From positions 186,001 to 250,000 of IMG/VR virus record IMGVR_UViG_3300028829_003504: a stretch of DNA of 64,000 bases; one strand, given 5' to 3'. Below, one piece after another: positions 57,966 through 64,000 of this stretch. The notes under the pieces were generated by a model. It saw only the letters and a program-made list of their open reading frames with translations. It was not told the origin of the DNA and did no database searches. Made by a program: the position numbers and the translations under genes. Position 1 is the first letter of the stretch, and every line of letters begins with the position of its first letter.

Positions 57966-59783
57966 ATGTTAAGCGAATCCGCTAAGTTTGAAAACTTAGA
58001 CCAATTCAAATGGTACACCTATACAGGTCGTAATAAGAATCTGGTAGCAAGAAAGCATGAGAGACTATTAGTGAAAGGTGCCGTATACGGCATGAAAGCC
58101 ATTAGGGGTGATAAATTCTATATAGTCTTTCCTGAAGACTACCACATTGACTTTACGGTTACTAAGCGTGTAGGCCTTAATATATCTAAAAACTCTAAAC
58201 TTAAGCGTAAGCCACCTCCACTGACTAATAACAAGGGAGAGGGAGGTCGTGCTTCTCGCACACTAGGGCCTAAAGGCCTTGGTAGAGTCCAAAAGGCCCA
58301 AGAGAAGTCTAAGTGGGATGCTACTTACTTCAAGCCGCAAGCTCGGGTAGGGGATGAATTGAAGAACGGTATAAGTTTCGAGAATTACCAATGGCGTAAT
58401 TTTACGGACATAACTCCCATTAGGAAGCGTAATGGTACCAAGGTTGTTCACTCATTCCCAAAGAAGTCTATTGTAGGTGTCCGCTTCTTACGTGATAGTA
58501 AAGGAGCTAAACTAGTTACTACTGATGGTAAAGTACTTACTATAAGTAAAGAGCAGTTTGATATGGTACTTAACGCATCGAAAGTAATGCCTAAGAATAA
58601 ATGGCCTGAAGGGACCATCTCTGTTGAAGAAATGGCTGAGAACCTTCAGTACGAAAAAGAATCGGACAAGGCCCGACGCATTTCTGATAGAAACCTAGCC
58701 AGAGCCGATAACGAAGCAGCTAGGCGTGAAAAGAAGAATCAGGAGCGTAAGAAGAGACGGGAGGATCAAGAAGCCATTAGGTCCGAACGCGAGAGATTGA
58801 AGCGAAGACTTGAGGGCCGTAAGAAAGAAGTCAATCTTACTATGAAACCTAAGACCAGTAAAGAGCTTGCGGATATATTAGTGCAGGGTAAAAAGCCTAA
58901 AGAGGACGAGGGCGTATTATCTGATATGGATCTGCAAGAGAATCTAGACGCCCTTAAGCAGATGGACTTGGATTCAGATGATACTCAGGACTACGATGAC
59001 GAAGAGTCTGGAGGGGAAGGTGGTACTTCTAATGACTTCGATGATAGTGACCTGTCGGACGCAGATATGCCTGACCCTGAAAACCGTGACTTCGATGATA
59101 ACGAATCCGATAAACTTATGGACGACCTTGACGAATTAATCGAGCAGCGACACGAGCAGGCATTTAGTTTAGGTGACCTTGACGGCGAAGACGAAGAGGA
59201 AGACCTTGACGAAGAGGAAGACCTTGACGAAGAGGAAGACCCGGACGAAGAGGAAGACCCGGACGACCTTGACGAAGAGGAAGACCCGGACGACCTTGAC
59301 GAAGAGGAAGACCCGGACGACCTTGACGAAGAGGAAGACCTTGACGAAGAGGAAGACCCGGACGACCTTGACGAAGAGGAAGACCCGGACGAAGAGGAAG
59401 ACCCGGACGTCGCTATTGCTGAGGAGGAGCTAGGAGAAGAAGGAGAAGAGGAAGACCTGGACGAAGAAGGTGACTCTAATCCTAAAGACTATGTATCAGA
59501 AGAAGGTGACGTGGTTTTATTCCTAAGTGATGATAGCGATAAACGTGAGTACGTACTACTTGACATATTCCCACTACCTGCAAACAATAACATCACTGTG
59601 TATAAGGTGTACGATGTAACCAACAAGCCTGACGTGTTCAATACTGTCCGTGTAGCAAAAGGCTCTCGTAATAAGTTTGAGAATATGGTTAAGTTCCTGC
59701 GCAAAATGAATCCAAAAGAATATAGTGGCTACTATACCTCAGCCGAACTTATGGATAGGTCTAAGAGTCCTATTAACAGCTAA
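57966..59783 (+). CDS. Protein with basic N-terminal half and long Asp/Glu repeat region
   Basis: DLDEEE/DPDEEE/DPD repeats. Confidence 0.75.
   Translation: MLSESAKFENLDQFKWYTYTGRNKNLVARKHERLLVKGAVYGMKAIRGDKFYIVFPEDYHIDFTVTKRVGLNISKNSKLKRKPPPLTNNKGEGGRASRTLGPKGLGRVQKAQEKSKWDATYFKPQARVGDELKNGISFENYQWRNFTDITPIRKRNGTKVVHSFPKKSIVGVRFLRDSKGAKLVTTDGKVLTISKEQFDMVLNASKVMPKNKWPEGTISVEEMAENLQYEKESDKARRISDRNLARADNEAARREKKNQERKKRREDQEAIRSERERLKRRLEGRKKEVNLTMKPKTSKELADILVQGKKPKEDEGVLSDMDLQENLDALKQMDLDSDDTQDYDDEESGGEGGTSNDFDDSDLSDADMPDPENRDFDDNESDKLMDDLDELIEQRHEQAFSLGDLDGEDEEEDLDEEEDLDEEEDPDEEEDPDDLDEEEDPDDLDEEEDPDDLDEEEDLDEEEDPDDLDEEEDPDEEEDPDVAIAEEELGEEGEEEDLDEEGDSNPKDYVSEEGDVVLFLSDDSDKREYVLLDIFPLPANNNITVYKVYDVTNKPDVFNTVRVAKGSRNKFENMVKFLRKMNPKEYSGYYTSAELMDRSKSPINS
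59175..59408 (+). repeat. Mosaic tandem repeat of 18-bp and 9-bp units
   Basis: GACCTTGACGAAGAGGAA, GACCCGGACGAAGAGGAA and GACCCGGAC units. Confidence 0.95.
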
Positions 59784-59802
59784 ACTGTAAGGATTCCTTA
59801 TA

Positions 59803-59809
59803 CTGTAAA
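59803..59809 (+). promoter_or_regulatory. CTGTAAA motif upstream of ligase (partial copy CTGTAAG at 59785)
   Basis: 38 bp before the ATG. Confidence 0.5.
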
Positions 59810-59840
59810 TCACGTATTATGCGAATTACGGAAGTATACT

Positions 59841-61802
59841 ATGACACAAAGGTTAAGTAAAAGACAATTGATTGCAGACCCAGTAGGGTACGCACAATCA
59901 CTAGAAAAGCCATTACTAGAAAGTCTGTTGGATAGATTGGACAAAGCTTTCCACAATGATATGGACCCCTTAATTTCCGACTATAGCTACGAAGAGATTA
60001 TGGACTGGTATAGAGATAAGTGGCCTAAAGCTAAAAGGTTAAAGCAGACAGGTATTAGGCTTGGTAATAAGCAAGAGGAGGTAAAGCTTCCTAACTTCAT
60101 GCCTAGTTTATTGAAGGTTAAACCTGATACAAAAGAGTTTTCGTCCTACGTAGATAACTATATAGGTCCGTACGTACTAACTGACAAACTCGACGGCATT
60201 AGTCTTCAAATTATATACGAAGGCGGACGCCCTACTAAAGTTTATACGCGCGGTAACGGACTTATGGGTAAAGACGTTTCTCGTCACATACCGAACTTTA
60301 AGATACCTAAACGTATTAGCACTAAATCACGTATTGCCGTTAGAGCCGAAGCTATTCTTAATGAAAGTACGTTCCAGCGTAAGTTCAGTAAAGACAGTGG
60401 CGGTAAGTATACCGCAGCACGTAATACAGCGGGTGGGTTTATTAATAACACCAAAGGCGATAGCACTGGTCTAAAGTCAGTTGATGTTATTGTCTATGAA
60501 ATGCTCGAAGGGCCGAACGCCAATAAGAAGCTTAGCACGCAGTTGAAGTATATGGAGAAACTTGGATTCAAAGTAGTCCATCATCGGACAGTTAAATCAA
60601 TTGATAGCGCCAAGCTCAGTAAGTACTACGCAGATCGCGTTAAGAACAGCAAGTACGAAATTGACGGTATAGTTGTAGCCAATAATGCGCCCTATGTGAG
60701 ACGTTCCTCGTTACCTAAACACGCTAAAGCCTTTAAAGAAAACTCACGTTCTGATATGAAAGACGTTAAGGTACTTAAAGTATCTTGGGAGTTATCTAAA
60801 GGCGGTAAGATTATCCCACGTATATGGTATGCTAAGACCACATTAGGAGGTGTCAGTAATGATAAAGCTACAGGACATAATGCGTTCTTCGTTATTAATG
60901 GCTTTAGGCAAAAAGAGATTAAAGATAACAAGCCAGTTATGCCGCTCGGACCTGGCGCTGTTGTCCGAATCGTCCGTAGTGGTAAAGTTATACCACATAT
61001 TGTTGAAGTCGTTAAAGCTGCTCGTGGCCGCAAGCCTCAAATGCCTGATGTACCTTATGTTCTTCGTGGTGCTGATGCTTATTACTCTGGTGAGCGTCAC
61101 GGTGATACTTATGCAAAGCAGATTACACACTTTTTCGTTACGATAGGTGTTGACGGATTGAAGCTTACTTCGGTTAAGAAGCTAATAGACGCAGGTCTAG
61201 ATTCAGTTAAGAAAATAATTGAAGCCACCGAAGAAGATTATGCCTCTATTGATGGTATCGGTGAAGTTAAAGCTAAACAGTGGTCCCGTCAGATTAAGAT
61301 TAAACTTAAACAGACGGATGCAGCCACATTGGCGGATGCCTCTGCAATTTTCATAGGCTTTAGTAAAAGTAGGCTAGATACTCTGTTTAGTATATTCCCT
61401 AGTACTTTAGCTATGAGCAAGTGGACTAAATCTAAGGTTCTAGCTAGGATACACGGTTCAACTACAGGCTTTAAGAAACTTGCCGATAACTTCGTTGATA
61501 TGCTACCTAAGTTTATAGACTTTGTAGAAGATAACGAGTTGATTTTACGTAAACCTAAGAAAGCACCTAAGCCTAAAGGTAATAAGTTCAGTACTTATAA
61601 GATTACGTTCACTGGTGTTAGAGATAAAGACCTGCAGCATTATATTGAGGAGCAGGGAGGTATTGTTCAGAACATGAAGTCCGATACTAACATGCTGCTT
61701 ATTAAAGATGATTCATATACTTCAAGTAAGATAGATAAAGCCAATGCTAAAGGTATACCTGTTCTTACCTTGATTCAGTTCAAAAAGAAATTTAAAATGT
61801 AA
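59841..61802 (+). CDS. ligA: NAD-dependent DNA ligase
   Basis: PLISD, MPSL.K, KLDG motif I, TRG.G..G.DV, RN.A.G, IDGIVV, AFK, VIP, HhH, C-terminal BRCT (ITFTG). Confidence 0.9.
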   Translation: MTQRLSKRQLIADPVGYAQSLEKPLLESLLDRLDKAFHNDMDPLISDYSYEEIMDWYRDKWPKAKRLKQTGIRLGNKQEEVKLPNFMPSLLKVKPDTKEFSSYVDNYIGPYVLTDKLDGISLQIIYEGGRPTKVYTRGNGLMGKDVSRHIPNFKIPKRISTKSRIAVRAEAILNESTFQRKFSKDSGGKYTAARNTAGGFINNTKGDSTGLKSVDVIVYEMLEGPNANKKLSTQLKYMEKLGFKVVHHRTVKSIDSAKLSKYYADRVKNSKYEIDGIVVANNAPYVRRSSLPKHAKAFKENSRSDMKDVKVLKVSWELSKGGKIIPRIWYAKTTLGGVSNDKATGHNAFFVINGFRQKEIKDNKPVMPLGPGAVVRIVRSGKVIPHIVEVVKAARGRKPQMPDVPYVLRGADAYYSGERHGDTYAKQITHFFVTIGVDGLKLTSVKKLIDAGLDSVKKIIEATEEDYASIDGIGEVKAKQWSRQIKIKLKQTDAATLADASAIFIGFSKSRLDTLFSIFPSTLAMSKWTKSKVLARIHGSTTGFKKLADNFVDMLPKFIDFVEDNELILRKPKKAPKPKGNKFSTYKITFTGVRDKDLQHYIEEQGGIVQNMKSDTNMLLIKDDSYTSSKIDKANAKGIPVLTLIQFKKKFKM

Positions 61803-61811
61803 GGTACACTA

Positions 61812-62258
61812 ATGGACATATTTGTTTCAAATAACCAAACACTAGACAGCGCCTTCGAGTCCCATTTAATAAAGGATGCGGAGCGTATGAGCAGGAACAA
61901 AAGGAGTCGTGAGACTTTAATTTATCTTAATCCAAAGGACTTTCTAAAACTAGCGGAAGGAGTAAGGCACTATGACGAAGCTAAGCACGATACGGTAAAA
62001 GGGGTCTTATCTAGAGGTGAGAGCTTCGACGCACTTCCCTACCTAAAGACTAAATTAATCAATGGCCGTGAGTTTAAGGTGACAGGTCATGAGGGTCGTC
62101 ATCGTAGTATTTACTTACATCAAAAGTTCCCTAATAAACTAATACCGATTAGACTTATAGATTCATCAATGCGTTGGGGTGAAGACGGTCTAAGTAATTC
62201 TGAGATTACTCTAGAAGCCGAATCTTCTAGACTCAGAATTAACGTAATAGTTCCTTAA
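61812..62258 (+). CDS. ParB/Srx-like domain protein
   Basis: P..FLKLA, LPYL, VTGHEGRHR, IPIRL. Confidence 0.55.
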   Translation: MDIFVSNNQTLDSAFESHLIKDAERMSRNKRSRETLIYLNPKDFLKLAEGVRHYDEAKHDTVKGVLSRGESFDALPYLKTKLINGREFKVTGHEGRHRSIYLHQKFPNKLIPIRLIDSSMRWGEDGLSNSEITLEAESSRLRINVIVP

Positions 62259-62273
62259 GGCAGAGGATTTAAC

Positions 62274-63434
62274 TTGATACTTATGAATGGGATACTCCTA
62301 GGGACTTTAATCGCACTGCATGGAATTCTAGCAGTAGGACTAGGTGTATTGTTAAATGGCGATTTAATAAAAGCAAAATCATTAAGGCAGTTTCAGTTAT
62401 ACTTCGTATCTGTAGCCTTAACTTGGACAGTTCTTTATTTAAAAGGTCCAATCGTACAAGAAGGATGGATAGGTACACTAGGGTATTTACCTTTCTTTCT
62501 GAGTTATATACTTCTATTAGCGGCAGTATGTTTACATGCAGGACATAAAGCACCTGTTAGACGGAGTCTTATAGCATCTGCGTTAATTGCCTTCTATCTA
62601 GCCTTACTATACTGCTCACGAAGTTCAGTAATACATATTACGGATATGTATCAAGTATTAGCTTTAGGTTATTGTTGGAATCTATGTAGATTGAGGTATG
62701 AAAGGACGCATAACATCGGAGACCATTACCTATCTAACTTTATGTTACTTGGCATCATTACTTTAAGTGCCCGAACTCTGTATGTTTATGTTAACGGGAA
62801 CCTCGGATCGGGTTTTGTATACACAGCCGTAGCATTTACATTAGTTAACGTAGGTATATGCTTATCTATAATGGCTAGTTACTTCCTAGAAGTAAAAGTG
62901 GCTCTTGAGAAACAGGCAAATACGGATAGTCTCACAGGAGTGTATAATCGACGGTACTTTACGTCTAGCTTGGAGCAAACACACGCGTCCTGTAAGAGAC
63001 GCAATTCCACATACTCTATTATTATTTGTGATATTGATTTATTTAAGAATGTTAATGATACTTATGGTCATATTTGTGGAGACTTAGCTTTAATTAAAGT
63101 CGCTCGATGCTTAGACAAAATTAAAAGATGCGAGGATACCCTATCTAGGTATGGAGGAGAGGAGTTTGTATTTCTGCTTCCTGATACAAAGCTTGAAGAG
63201 GCTACTAAGTTGGCTGAACGCTTCCGTCGCAAAGTAGCGGATCTGACAATCGACCTGGGTCAGAAGTCCCTATCATTGACCATGAGCTTTGGAGTAGCCG
63301 GAGTGTACGGTATGTCGGATCCCTCTGATGTAGTCGGAGACGCGGACATAGCCCTTCTGTATGCTAAAGGTGACGGAAGGAATGGAGTCTATTACTCGGA
63401 TCGTGGAGTGCTTCATTCAGGAAAGACCCTATAA
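62274..63434 (+). CDS. Membrane-anchored diguanylate cyclase (GGDEF)
   Basis: Multiple N-terminal TM helices, TDSLTGVYNRR, DIDLFK.VNDTYGH..GD, RCED I-site, SRYGGEEF, T.SFGVA, K..GRN. Confidence 0.92.
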   Translation: MILMNGILLGTLIALHGILAVGLGVLLNGDLIKAKSLRQFQLYFVSVALTWTVLYLKGPIVQEGWIGTLGYLPFFLSYILLLAAVCLHAGHKAPVRRSLIASALIAFYLALLYCSRSSVIHITDMYQVLALGYCWNLCRLRYERTHNIGDHYLSNFMLLGIITLSARTLYVYVNGNLGSGFVYTAVAFTLVNVGICLSIMASYFLEVKVALEKQANTDSLTGVYNRRYFTSSLEQTHASCKRRNSTYSIIICDIDLFKNVNDTYGHICGDLALIKVARCLDKIKRCEDTLSRYGGEEFVFLLPDTKLEEATKLAERFRRKVADLTIDLGQKSLSLTMSFGVAGVYGMSDPSDVVGDADIALLYAKGDGRNGVYYSDRGVLHSGKTL

Positions 63435-63543
63435 GCACCTTGTTCTAGGAACATAATAAACCTTGCTGTGTTCACATGGCGAGGTCTTTGGTATCTAATG
63501 TCAATAATTGGTACCAAATTTAACCTTTTTAGTAGGACATAAT

Positions 63544-64000
63544 ATGTATAAGAAACATATGGTAGGCACTGAGAGCTGGAGGGACTTCATAGCGGAAGCA
63601 CCTAACTTTAGACTTGAAATATACTCAGGCATACCTTTCTATTTGGACCTGCAGCAACTGCTGATACAAGGGGCTGTAAGTTTTGAAGGTGAGAGCCCTA
63701 TACCAGATTTAAGTACCCATATTGGGGATGACGGCCAACCGTTAGGAGACCCTCTTCTATATACCGTAGAAGAGCTCCCCTTACGTGGATGGAACTATAT
63801 ACCTATAACGATTATGGACCCAGTTAATGCCATAGTCAGAAACACTAGAGACCGACGCGGCTGGGTGATAACGGCCGCTCCAGGATATGAAGGTGAAGAC
63901 TGCTTTAACTACTTTCTAACAAACGGCTTTCAGGCATCCGGGTATGGTAAAGTAGAACTTATAATACTTCCTTGGTATGAGTTACTTGTCGAGATACAAT
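63544..64000 (+). CDS. 5' part of a gene running out of the window, possible Ig/cadherin-like virion protein
   Basis: ATG 63544 after AGGA; open to the end; PGYEGEDCFNYFLTNG motif. Confidence 0.65.
   Translation, partial: MYKKHMVGTESWRDFIAEAPNFRLEIYSGIPFYLDLQQLLIQGAVSFEGESPIPDLSTHIGDDGQPLGDPLLYTVEELPLRGWNYIPITIMDPVNAIVRNTRDRRGWVITAAPGYEGEDCFNYFLTNGFQASGYGKVELIILPWYELLVEIQ

Noticed and set aside
59173-59433. Thr/Lys/Arg-rich ORF (TLTKRKT repeats)
   Set aside because: Alternate-frame reading of the acidic tandem repeat.
1266-62553. Minus-strand ORFs in the track
   Set aside because: Nearly all are shadows of long + strand genes, with no RBS or recognisable motifs.

Overview
64 kb of a large (jumbo-type) contractile-tailed phage genome, about 40% GC by eye, densely coding, with essentially every real gene on the + strand and often coupled by TAATG/TGATG overlaps. 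Replication and repair genes: family A DNA polymerase with an N-terminal UDG-like domain, DnaX-like clamp loader, beta-like sliding clamp, SbcC/SbcD, SF2 and SNF2 helicases, NAD-dependent ligase. Nucleotide metabolism: DHFR, dimeric dUTPase, HAD nucleotidase, SLOG protein, QueE-like radical SAM. Signalling and counter-defence: Acb1-like 2H phosphodiesterase, SpoT/MESH1-like HD protein, membrane diguanylate cyclase. Also a histone H1-like protein and a tail module (sheath, Ig-repeat fibres). The gene content recalls RSL1/Lu11/PaBG/Y3-type jumbo myophages (from memory, not verified). The best candidate for a new system is at the left end. A ~750 bp ORF-free region folds into a long nested rod plus hairpins, lies between two copies of a recurring CTGTAAA promoter-like motif, and directly precedes a 368-aa protein. 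That protein looks like two tandem TnpB/Cas12f-like N-terminal (WED/REC) modules with no RuvC nuclease. All product calls come from motif recognition by eye; no searches were run.
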